Shown: positions 14,201-26,000 of the stretch, piece after piece
Position numbering within the stretch: the stretch's first letter is position 1
How the letters are laid out: each line of letters begins with the position of its first letter
Notes under the pieces: model-generated
Told to the model about the DNA's origin: nothing
Database searches by the model: none
What the model saw: only the letters and a program-made list of their open reading frames with translations
From: Phallusia mammillata
Lineage: Eukaryota
Assembly (NCBI GenBank): GCA_965637545.1
Contig: OZ281500.1
Location: 806,001 to 870,000, forward strand
Direction of reading: 5' to 3'
DNA length: 64,000 bases
Position numbers and translations under genes: made by a program

Positions 14201-17200
14201 GAAAAGAAACTAGTTTACGAGAACAATTCGACAATCCTATGTCGGGGTGTTTCAATGTTATGTTTCACGACGTTAACCAGTCTCCAGCCGAGCTACTTAC
14301 TGGGACGAGTGACATAATTGAGTCTCAATAAAAACTAGCCGGCCAACTTGAATGGGTTAAGCCGGCAATCGAATAACTATTCCCGGTCAATCGCCGAGGA
14401 ATAATGTCAAGCGAGCAAAGTCAGCGGGGATTAGAGTGCGCGGCTCAAACTGTTTGTAAACATGACCCTGCAAGAAGGCACAACCAGTGGTGCCAGTGTC
14501 AAAACACAACGGGATTGACCTCTACATAAGCATTGGAATTCGCCACGAAACATATCGAGTTTATTGCAAATCATTGTTCAACAAACTTTTTTTACAGTGG
14601 CGCAGTGGCGCACTGGCGTGTGTGGCTATTTTAAACCGTTGGCTTGTCAGGGTTAAACCAGCAACGGTTAAAGTGGGTTACATTTCACCTGTTTTGACCA
14701 AAACATTGAGGTATCAGGTATAATTCAAACAGGAGCAACAAACTAACCGAAGTCGACCAAACTGACGGTAAATTAAATTTAAAAATCGATCAACGTATTT
14801 GGCACTTAAATTGTGAAGGACCTGCCAATATAAATCATATTAGTGAAGCACCATTAGCTTGAGTCGTTCACAGCCAACTTTATTCCGACATTTATCCCTA
14901 AAACACATTTTTGAACAAAAGTTACTGTACAGCACCCTCTACTACACACACCTGATTCATTTTAAGAAGATTTGGTCACACTCACACATAACCACCAAAT
15001 AGCGCCCCCCAAAAAGTTTGTAAATTAACTCGGTAAGTGTTTTGATCTTGAGGTGCGACGTATTGAAGTCGACGCCGAGACTGGCGAGGCGGTCAGACGC
15101 TTCCGGCCCGACGACTGTTTCGTGAGATTAACAGGCGCGGACTCCGACCACAAAAATTCACTTCAAAATGTGAAAGTTGTCAATGGATCCACTTTCACTA
15201 TTAACTCAACCAATTATGTAGAATTTGCAATTACCATCCGACTTATACACTGTAACTAATATGGGCATCATTTTTATCCCAATCTTTGTACGTTTTTAGG
15301 TTTCCAAAAGATAGGTTATTTGCGGCCATTTAAACAAAAAACAAGCTACGTTAAAACTTAACTTTTCTTGAGTAATCAAGAACTCGTTGAGTTGTAACGT
15401 GACACCAATCTACTTAGAGTGCAAAGTGTCATGTTCTATTTTTGGCAGACACGTCGATGCATTAGCGCAAAAACGCACGAAAATAAGTGTACCAGGGTCT
15501 TTGGTGCTTGTTATGGTGAAACAAAACTTCGCAATTTCTTACAACATCAAGCAATAGTCGATGTCACTCACAATTAAGGCCTCCCCCTCAAGGAGGCCTG
15601 ATGTAAATCCACTGCGTTGGCCAGAAAGGCCCGGTGCTATGGAGAAAACAATAGAACAATGTGGGCATTGGGTCAGCTTTTGTCAGCGCAATATAAAGCT
15701 TGTCGGAAATAGGACGTTTTTAGTTTCTCATTGAACACTTAACATCAAACTGCCCACAAGTCCTATAGCTGCCCTCTGAAATCACAGGACTGTAGGTTGA
15801 TGTGAACCTTTAAAAAGTCATAACCTTATGAATTTCCTCATGTCAATCATTTGTGTTGTGGCCCATTTTGACAGCAAAAAAAAACATTTTGAAACCTAAG
15901 CTTCATAAAAAGAAGAGTTTTAAAGCACAATCTTGTTGCTAGAATAAAAATCATACATGTAACTTCCTCCAACAATATTATAGCTTTAAAAATGGCTTGT
16001 TGTAAATTGAAACATTAAGTTACTAAGTTGACGGAAACCAGTGCAACTCAATCACCATTCTCAAGTTACATGTCCACTGTTTGTGGTTGGATGAAGCGTT
16101 TTCTGTCTAGTGCCAATTAAAACCAGCATCCTACACTCAACAGTTCACCTCAACATACGATAGTCATGTAAAAGACTGGCCATTCAAAAACATTTGTTTC
16201 AGCATATTAAGCCTATCACTATATACTCCATCATCCTAACCACATCACTGTAGCTGTGAACCAAAGGTAGAAAAGTCAATATAAACATTAGATAAACTTT
16301 TCTTTTTCAACCAGCCAAATGTAAACAAAACACCCCAAACACTAGATGTTAGATCCTTGTTCCTACAATATATAAAACTGTCCAAAAGTGATGTATGGAA
16401 CTGTATAGTGTAATGATAAATATTGAACCACCAAAGTCCTACATGTGTACATAAGCCAGATATTTATAGTGAATAAATAGTTTATACGAAACTGACCCTT
16501 GAGCAACAGTGGTAGTATTATTAAAACCACCATACTCTACCAGAAGGAGCAACTCATAAGAAAGAATTACACAATATAGTGAAAGTAAATATTTTTAACA
16601 CCAAGTATGAAACCAAACTTACTTGTCGTATTCTTCATTGTCCGCTGCACATTTGGCATCACTGAAGCTTTCCCATTGTTTGCCATGTTTGCAAGTTGTC
16701 AGCATAATAATATCTTCGCCATTATGGATGTGGTAAAGTGCATTTCTTGTGCTCGAACCTATTCCATAGGTATAGCTGAAACAAATAACACAAAAGACAT
16801 TCAAAAATACGTTTATTAAAGCAAAATAAAAAGCAACTAGATTTGGTTAAGTTTAGCTCAGACAAATTGGAAGTGCATTAAATTAAAACTTTTAAAATGG
16901 TGCTCACCGCTTTCCTTTGAAGGTCAAAAGATATTTCCTGCGTGGTGGAAAATAATTAGACTTCATTGTACCACTTGGCCCATGCATAGAAAAATGATTT
17001 TTTCCAAAAAGGGGCAATGAAACATCAAAACCCGGTCGGTAATAATTGTCACTAAAGCTGGCTTTGGCCAGGATTGCTTCGCCTGTGTCAAATCCAACAT
17101 CCTCCAAATAATCTGGCCAGGTACCAGAAAACAAAGTAAAAATAATGTGGTTTCTCCCATTGTTCCAATATTTTAGAGCTGAAACTTTGGCACCAATGTT

Positions 17201-17716
17201 ATGTACATAATTTTGAGAAATTTTGTCACGATCTAACGTGTCATAAGGCACCACAAACAAGCAAGCTTGTTCTGGATTGTTTGTGAAGTAAATTGATAAT
17301 CGCAATGCCGACAATATGCTTCTATAGTTCTGTGATATTTTATCACCGGTGTCTGGGTAGACATAAATTTTAAAGCCTTTTTTGTGGCAACGTTCAGCAT
17401 CGAAACAAGTCTCCATTCGACACTTGCGATGTTTGTAAACATGTTTTCTTGTTTCCTGCTTTTCGCTTGGGCTATTACTGGTGTCATCTTCCAGTGTGTC
17501 ATAGTATTCCTCCACAACTGACGACAAACTTCGCAACATGCGCTTGGACAATACGGAATTCTTTTCCTGTGAAGCTGAGTTATGGACAGTTTGTCGCCGG
17601 TCAATTTCAACCGATTTCGGTGACAAATCATGTAATGTCCATTTGACTCCATTATAAAGAATAGCCAAAAGAATTATGGAAGCTAATAGAAAGCCATATC
17701 TTTTCTTTGCATTCAT
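2203..17716 (-). CDS. EXT1: Exostosin-1 (heparan sulfate polymerase, GT47 domain), 5' part. Coding exons 16908-17716, 16623-16775, 8900-9101, 8540-8659, 2203-2335; remaining exons presumably lie left of the window
   Basis: Spliced translation MNAKKRY + TM anchor ... CRMETCFD ... [20 protein letters not shown] ... [39 protein letters not shown] ... [30 protein letters not shown] ... [14 protein letters not shown] ... IIRDR matches EXT1/tout-velu. All junctions are GT-AG and phase-consistent. Confidence 0.95.
2770..4292. mobile_element. Non-autonomous TIR DNA transposon (PIF/Harbinger- or Kolobok-like) in EXT1 intron 4
   Basis: Inverted termini share CACACCAGACGCGGTTG, each starting 8 nt inside a flanking TTAA (2766-2769, 4293-4296). 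Subterminal GACGG/GCGAC repeats; no intact transposase. Confidence 0.75.
9228..9332 (-). ncRNA. Hammerhead-ribozyme repeat copy (Penelope-type minimal HHR)
   Basis: Minus strand reads ttatttaccCTGATGAcggcggcctgcataggacatcGAAAcGTCggtgcaaaaatgcaattgccaaaagagctctataaa; homologous to 37931-38038. Confidence 0.75.
12118..12144. repeat. (GT)n microsatellite
   Basis: About 13 uninterrupted GT units. Confidence 0.95.
13131..13168. repeat. 19-bp tandem duplication
   Basis: TTAGTGGTGAACCACTGCA x2; each unit is quasi-palindromic. Confidence 0.9.
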
Positions 17717-18800
17717 CTATGATGGTATGCGCTGGGAAAGCAGGCATGTGCTTTTTCGCAGCTTTTACCATCCAACAGCAAGTCAGTCACAAATAAGTTT
17801 CTACTACTTTTAACTATCTTAAACTTTAAAAAATTTTCATACTAAACAGAAATAGTATATAATCAAATCATAACACTTGGATTGAATAAATAATTTAAAC
17901 ACAGCACTTGGCTGAACTGATATCATAGAAGTTTTGCATACACTGTTTGTTCCACTTGGGGTTGTTGTACTGTCTGACATAGTTACCTGGTATTTAATCT
18001 GAGCTGCAAGTTACAGAGAAAGAATTAAGTACAGCAAACTCTTTTTGGTTCTAAACCACTCAACTTTATAACGCTACGCAGTACGCTTCTATAGTATTGG
18101 TATGGTGCACTTTGTTTCTGCGCCTTGTTGACGAGTGGCTCAACACACCGACACGGCGAACAGCAGACAAGCTGAATTTAAAGAACCTCGGCTGAGCGGC
18201 TCGACTGCCGGGTTTAAAGTTCGGCAACGCACGACTCGTAGCGACATCAATCGGTCGCTAACAACACAACTGCTGGCCAATCCAATTTTGTCAAAAACCG
18301 TTTTTGTAACAACTACCCCTAACTAGTACCTAAGTCCATCTTATGGAAGACATGTCCTCCTATTAAAGCAAATTATTGTATCCTCCGATGACATAAAAAC
18401 AAATGTCAGCATTTTGCACTTTTACTTTTATTTAATTATTAGGCATGATGAAACAATTAATAGCAGATGCTTAGTAACAACAATGTGCCTCACTCATTAA
18501 ACATCGGTATTTTAAAACTATTGCACAACGTAGCCAACATTTTGCTTTCACATATTTGGTGATTTGTGCATTGCTACTAAATTTTGAACTCAACAATAAT
18601 TTACCTTGTTTGAACTTTTATTTCGTTCATTATGTCCACAATATTCAACCTTCTACGTTCATAACAGTCGTCTTCATATCGAGTTAGGATGTTTTGCATC
18701 GTAGAACCACACACTTAACGCCAGGCACTAAAAAAATAGTGCAAGCAGCAATAAAAACGATTAATAAAAACTTTGTGTTTTAATCAACCTACCTTTAAGT

Positions 18801-19423
18801 CAGGGGTGGGGAACCTACTTAATACTGCGGGCCGCATGAATTGCACAACATTTTCGGGCGGGCCATTTATTTATTTATTTTCAAATTCCGTGTAAAATAC
18901 CCAAAGCACCCAAGCGGTTTTATATATCGCTCCAGATTTGATTTTTTCTTTGCTGCTACATGTTTTCAACAAACAGGGCATACAAGTTTATCACTTATTT
19001 TGACTAAAAAATAAGAGTTGTAACACCCTATCTCTATTACTGATCTGTTTTTGTTTTCAAGAATATGTTTTAAATAACAGTATAAGGATCGCACGCTAAT
19101 CGCTCTAAAATCAACAATAAAACTAACAACACATGGCAAATGATTTGGTACTGCGAGGTGAGGCAATCCAGTGACTGTTACGTCACAATTATAGCAAGCG
19201 GTTGAATGCGTGCATTTTTTTTGTAAGTTTGGCGTCATAATGTGGAATAGGAAAATATTGAATATAAACTACCAATAATGTCGAAGTCATTTCTAGAAAA
19301 TATTTGTACATAAACACATTTTATTGTTTTTTATGCTATGTTGTATACTTTAACAAACGGGGGCCACATTAAAAAGGCAAGCGGGCAGCATGGGGCCGGC
19401 GGGCCGCAGGTTCCCCACCCCTG
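18801..19423. mobile_element. hAT (Buster/Charlie-type) MITE
   Basis: TIR CAGGGGTGGGGAACC...GGTTCCCCACCCCTG, subterminal GCGGGCCGCA motifs, perfect 8-bp TSD CTTTAAGT. Confidence 0.93.
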
Positions 19424-20148
19424 CTTTAAGTGAAGCATGGAACAAAGTGTTCATTGTTGCAAATCCCGCTGAAATTGTTTGTTTGCGCAATCACAAACGA
19501 ACATAGAATTGTTAAATATTGACAGCCTTAATTCGATGAGTAAAATAAGGCAAACTTTGCACATAAGTTTTGGATTTTCAGGGTGGAAACATCTCCAGTT
19601 ATGATTATCATCCTTTGGTGATTGTCAGTGGAACGTTTTTGGATAATATCACCTTACCCAGCAAACGTTAGGTAAACTACACGTGACCAGCCTACCCACC
19701 TTTTCTATCCAGGCACAATACAGGAAGACATCTAAATGAAACTAAATTAATGCTGAGCTAATTAATCCTTTGTTAATTTAGAAAAAACTACCTTTGTAGA
19801 GCGTTTTGGAGCATTGTTTTCATAAAAATGTTTCGTTTGTGATGTAGGATACCAAACAAAACAAATTAGGTACTTAATCGTATAATCAAATGGTACACAC
19901 GCGACTGTGTTTTTGCAGCCAAACCATCAAATTAAATGCACCACAACAATTCACCTAAAAGTATGTAACTGGCTGGTAGGCTAGATAAAAATCCAGCTTC
20001 ATGACAACATTGTGCCAACTCAAAAGGCCGCCTAAATGTGTAAGATTCTACCTGATTTTACTTAAATTTGCTTTTGCAATCCTACATTTTCAACTTATAT
20101 CTCACACAAAAAAACAGCGAAACAAAATGAATTCATTCAACAAATATG

Positions 20149-22609
20149 CTAACAATGCTTTGCATCACCCACTTTTTGTAAGTTTAGTAAATTCAAAACT
20201 GATTCCTTATAACTGTCAATGATTTCCATTCGTTGTGGTGAAGATTTGGCGATTAGGACATTGCCTTGTTTCTGCTGTTCAATTGCTTTTTGTTTCAACC
20301 TCTGTTTCTCAAGACGTTTTGCTCGGATAAGATCTTGTTTCACATCCACCACCGCACTTCTGTAGTCTCGAACCTCAGCAATGTCACTTAACATTGTTTC
20401 TTTACTTACATCAGCCCGTCTTTCAACAATTTTTCGGAGGTTCTTGTATGATTCACTGTTCTCCCACACATAGAAATCATCATCACATGCGTTTTCAGGT
20501 TTCTCCCACTCCTCCACTTTCTACTCACAAGAACAGTTTTACAACCAAATAGTTTCAAAAAAGGTAAACCACCACACAAAGCTCAAATAAGCTAAATACT
20601 GCCAGAGATAATGTATAGACAAGTGGTAGACACCTTCATCACCTTCAACTTTCTTACAAAGCAACAATTGCCACAAAATAATAAAAATAAAAAAACTGCT
20701 GGAATAGCAATACTCGTTTATACACATAATGTAACTTTTGCATAAAACTTCTGGTATATTAAGCTAATTAAACACTGACAAGACAGTACACAGCCCATGA
20801 AATGAACAAAGTGCAAAAAATACAGGAATATAGAATGGCAACCTGCATTATTTCTTTTTAAATGAGGATGATTATATATATGCTATAGTTAAAGCACAAG
20901 CCATGCAAAACTAGTTAGTCTGCCAACTGCAATTTGTCAAAACTGCACCAACTCAAACAAACACAGGCAGCTTACCCACGACTCAAAGTAAAGTGCAGTA
21001 AAGACATAATCCAGAAAGTCACTGTTTTGTTTTCGAACTGGACACCTCTTTGATTGTATTGTGGCCACATCAGTGTCATCATTGTACCTCCACTCCAGCA
21101 GCTTTGTAATTTTTTCCCGTGCTTGTAAGTTTAAACCCAGATGTACAAGACGAATCTGTGACAAAACCAGTTATTAACCAGTTGTGTAAGTTACAGTCAT
21201 GTTTGTCCAGCACAAGTTTGAGTTTATGGATCCTAAAATTAAAAGTAGTATTAATAAATCATTGCAGGAAAAACATCTTTACTGCTTCAAACAAATCAAT
21301 GCACCATTTCATGATATAGACATTAGTATTGGTTATTCAAATTGTCAGCATTTAGTTGTAAACTAGTGGTTGTTTGTTTTTACTGCTTTAAATACAGCAT
21401 ACACTTCGAATAAAACATACAGGATGCAGCATAACATTCACCCTGAGATATTAAACTATAGAAGGGCAAGAAAGAGGTGTTTCACTTGGAATACGAAAAC
21501 AACTTTCTAGATAGTTTCCATAACAATTAGACTTTGTGTTAAACCTTGTGTAAATTTGTAAATTCCCGTGTAAATTGGCAAAGTGAATAAGCACCACACT
21601 TATGTGTATAGGCATGTTCTCACCCACCTGTTTAGTTACATTTCTTGCTTTGGAATTTCTGGGCGAGTTTGAAGCCCCAACGTAATCCACAGTATGTTTG
21701 GTGACTGGAAATTCCATTTCACATGCTATGTCACTGTCTAAATCCTCAGGAAATTTTGTGCAAAATTCTGCATTGAAAGCATATGCAATGCATTGAAAAG
21801 AGAGAAAACATTTAAATAAAATATAAATATGTTGTGTGCCTCACGCTTTAAAACTTTGCAATGTTGTTCCACAGCAGGAGGAGTGAGGTGCAAAAAGTTC
21901 TGGACTTTTAGAAGTTCCAGGGATGAAAACTTGTCAGGTTTTACACACTTTTTTGCTTTTACTCCCATGCTAAAAACAAAGACAATGTAAAAGGCATTGC
22001 ACAAATGACGAAAAGTCATGCTTAATTAATAAATTTTGGGCAAAAACTGCTATCAATACATACTGAATTGGCAATGGGACTTCATATGGTTTAAAAGGAG
22101 CTGGAGCTGGCCAAACAGCTGTCCAATCTTTTCCTTCATGCGGCATAAACGACTGATGCTGGAAAAACTCATCTTGGTTTTTATCAAATCTGAGGTTTCT
22201 TCTCGTAAGTAAGTTGCTTTTCAAATATGGTTTTGGAAGTTTACCAACAGGAATAGGTTCAACATCAGGATTTGCAACTGTATCAGCTTCTTGAACATCT
22301 GGTTCTACAGTTCAAAAATACAGAATATTAGTATCATTTGTAGTCTGTTATACTTGTTATTCTAATAGATATTTTAAATTCACATTTTAAAAACTGACAT
22401 ATGTAAATCTTTAAGTTATAAACTTATATCTAGTATAATTTTGGATGTCTTAAGAATATCATGTCACTTACAGCACGTTTTAAAAACTCTCAAAACAAAT
22501 TTTTGTACCACTTACTTGTGGAAAACTTAATAAGTGCTTCATAACTTTGCAGTGTTGATGCACGCTTATAAATCTTCCCGATGTGCAACATTTTTATACA
22601 GCTATACAT
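20149..22609 (-). CDS. MRPS35: Mitochondrial ribosomal protein mS35. Exons 22516-22609 (or ATG at 22591), 22064-22304, 21845-21969, 21628-21767, 20976-21155, 20149-20520
   Basis: Motifs DWTAVWPAPAPFKPYEVPLPIHMG, LELLKVQNFLHLTPPAV, RCPVRKQN, LYFESW.VEEWEK and SYKESVLNLL match MRPS35; phase-consistent GT-AG introns. Confidence 0.93.
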
Positions 22610-23004
22610 TGTTAAACATTTTTTTCTGCACGATTTGTTTTCAAACTCTGTGAACTTTTTTGCTGTAACGTGCTGGTCAACATAAAGGTAATATCCAAGT
22701 TTATAACAAAAGTTTTATTGAAAAATGTTTATTAAGATAAAATTTATGGTGGCCATATAAAAAATCTCAAAACAATCTTTGGGTTGAATTTTTGTAAATC
22801 CTGAGAATCTAAATTGCTTTACTGGTCGCATTTTTGTGTGGCGGTGTTTCCCCTGACTAATCAGTGCGGGAAGGTGGAAAATCGTGTTTGTTTATTTCAG
22901 TTAGGGCTGTAAGGGCTTGCCTTCGTTATTTTACGGCCGTTCGGCCTATTTTAAAGTAATTCAGTTACATATTAGCGTATATTAAACTCAACTGATTTAG
23001 CAAT
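22610..23004. promoter_or_regulatory. Putative bidirectional promoter between MRPS35 and GTF3C3
   Basis: Only ~395 bp between divergent start codons. Confidence 0.6.
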
Positions 23005-26000
23005 ATGGAAGATTTCAACCAATCTTCGAACTTGTCAACCTTTATCGAATCAATACAACCTGTGCCAAGCCCAAGCAAAAACACAGGTGAACTAAGAATG
23101 TTTATGTGTTATCGTTGGCGTGAGACAAACTAGCATTTATAGTGAAGTTGGAAATTAGATAAAAACTAAGAAATTGTGTAAAAACACATTTTTTTATTAG
23201 ATTATAATTAGAAATATTTCAAACATTAGGTGAAGTACGGGCCAGTCTGCAGAGTGTGGCAGCTGCACGCACGATTATTATTTTTTTAAATTTTGCACGC
23301 CAATTTTAGGGGGTTGCATGCGGAAATTTTGCACGAAAGGCATTTAATTGGGCTGTCTTGACCTCTTACTTGCTTTGCGCTTGCTGAAATTGGCCTTGCA
23401 CATGAACTTACGGGTCGTGCATGCAGGACATGTTGGTCCTGCACGCACGAGATCTTGTCAGGAACTGCCATGTTCTGCAGACTAGACTATGGGTAAAATT
23501 TACAGTTTGCCAAAAACTAATGATACTGCTCCCAGGGCTGGCAACTAAATGCTATTACTCTGTAGTGGGTTATAACTTTTAACAGCATGAAAACACTGCT
23601 CTATAAATAACTAAATTGTGACCTCCAAACTGGTTTTGGTGCACTTCAAACTGTCAGGAAAATTACTTCATTAGAACATATCACTCATAAATAGACAATT
23701 ACATACATGCCTCTCGCATGATGCCAAGCGCGCCAAATACAAGAAACTGTTTGTTTTCAAACCCAAGCAACAATTTCTGTGCTAAACATTTTTTTCACGG
23801 AACATTTTTTGAACAGATGTTGACAAAGAAAGATCATCAAGTTTGACCTGGTCTGATTTACACACAGCACCACCGCTTTATGAGTCTCCCAGTCTTGCTA
23901 ATGTGTTGGATGGCTCACCCAGTGTCCCAACCCCATCTTCATTGTCAATCGGGTTTGGACATCGGAGAACACATGACGAGCAAATTCCATTTCGGTATGA
24001 CTGTTTGTTTAATCTATAGTATATATAGATTTTATAGACTGTATAGATTCTATACAGTCTATAAAATCTATATAGATTCTATACAGTCACCCCAATACTC
24101 TCTTACTTTCAAAAAAGATGTGAATCTTACTGAAACACTTGCGATCTCAAGTTCTTAACCCTTATGTTTAATTAACCCACCAAATAGCTTTTGATTTAAC
24201 TCCAAAATCCTTGTTTCTTAAGCAATCTTGCTCAATTAAACTTTGTTCACTTAAATTGTTTCTTAAATCATATCTAATTTTTGGTCAAGTTTTTCTCACT
24301 TAAAATGAACATATACCTGAATCCACAAAATGTCGTTAAAAGGCCAGTTATGTATCTTACTCTAATAAGTCGACATGTGATGACAGTCCTTTAAACTTTT
24401 TGTACCAAACAAAACTTGAGCGAATAAAACTTTTATTTCAGATCTCCTCCCTCGAACTTGGACTCCTCATCACTAATGGAGTTGCAAACTGTAACCCCAT
24501 CACGAGTAGGGATTTCTCCAAAAACCATAATAAGTATGTAGGGTCTCAAAATTTGCCCAAACGACCAAAACTGTTCCAGACCAGTGTATCTCAAACTTTT
24601 TTTCTGCACCTCCCTGTTAACAGCTTGGTGATTTTAAAACAACCCTACAATGGAAAAAAATCTAAACAAGTTATAAAAGTAAAACACACACACCAAACCA
24701 GTTAGAGATCATTGCACAAAAGCACAGTTTACATATCTGTTAAAACGCATTTAACCCTAATTTCTATCTATATAACAGTCATAATTTATCTTTTGAAAAA
24801 ACCTTTCCATGCCATAATGCTTAACATTTGTTCACATGTAACAGAAAAAGTTGACCAGGATAGAAAAGAGGAAGAAGTACAAAACGATATTCCACAGCTC
24901 AGTTCAATTTTCATGCCTCAATTATTGCCACCTGAGCCACAAAGGAGCAACTTGTCTGATGTTCAAGTTCATGGCCATGCTTTTCCAACCAGTGTCAAAC
25001 AACGACCTTGTCAGACTGAACTGAGACAGTTCCAAATTGTGATTGGTGGAAATAGTCCTGATTCCTCTCATGGTGACTTGGACGTGGATGAAACCAGCAA
25101 CAAACAGCCGAGCACAAGTGCAAACAGGACAATTAACTTTGCTCATGGTAATTTTGCATCTATTTTCAAAATATTGTGCCTGTCAAGTGTATAAGTTATT
25201 GCTGCCAGGCATAATGTCAAGTTTATAGAGCTCTTCCGGGCAAATGTATTTTTATTCTGACGTTTCAACGTCCTGTGTGTTTGAAATTATTTCACCCAAA
25301 GTTTAAAATTAATATTAATTTGCTAATCTTGCATGTTTTATTGTTTCTTTGCAGACAGTGATGAGGAAGTTGATCGTCGCAATGTGAAGGATATTCAAGA
25401 AGATTTAAATATTGATCAAGATGTGTTGACGGAAAGTAGAAAAGTTGCCACAAAGGTGACACTGGTTTAAAACTGATGCTTGTTGCTTTATATATAACAT
25501 AAGAATAATGTGACTCGTTTTCTGCTTTTATCTGATAAACTAAGTATATAATCAAATAAAAGAAGACAGAAGGCAGTGTTAAATTTCTTTTACAGTAAGC
25601 CAGGCCTGCTGAAGGCATTATACCAAATCAGCCAGTCACCAAGAATTCAGTATAACACCGTCGATCGGCCTGATATTTTATGATTGATAAGTGTTTCATG
25701 ATCGTGGGTCTGCATAGACACTTCAGAGCTGATCCCTGTTGTGAATTCATAGTTATCTTAGTTAAATTCCTTCGTTAGATTTTACATTTTGTGATTTAGG
25801 GCAAATCAACAAAGCTTCCACGAGAACTTCGAGGGTTGATGGGTGAAGCAAACTTGAGATATGCGAGAGGGGAACACGAAGATACAATAAAAATGTGCAT
25901 GGAAGTCATCAGACTGGGTAAGTCTAAGAGCTGCAACACTAGTTTGTACATGGTGTCAGAAAGATATTGTTTACTTAAAAAAACTGCATGTCAAAGATTG

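Noticed and set aside
15053-15259. GC-rich 68-aa plus-strand ORF in EXT1 intron 2
   Set aside because: GTG start, no homology recognised and no convincing exon boundaries; could be an enhancer but unsupported.
24581-24650. CAGTGTATCTCAAACTTTTT hAT-like terminus
   Set aside because: Only one end visible; no matching TIR or TSD.
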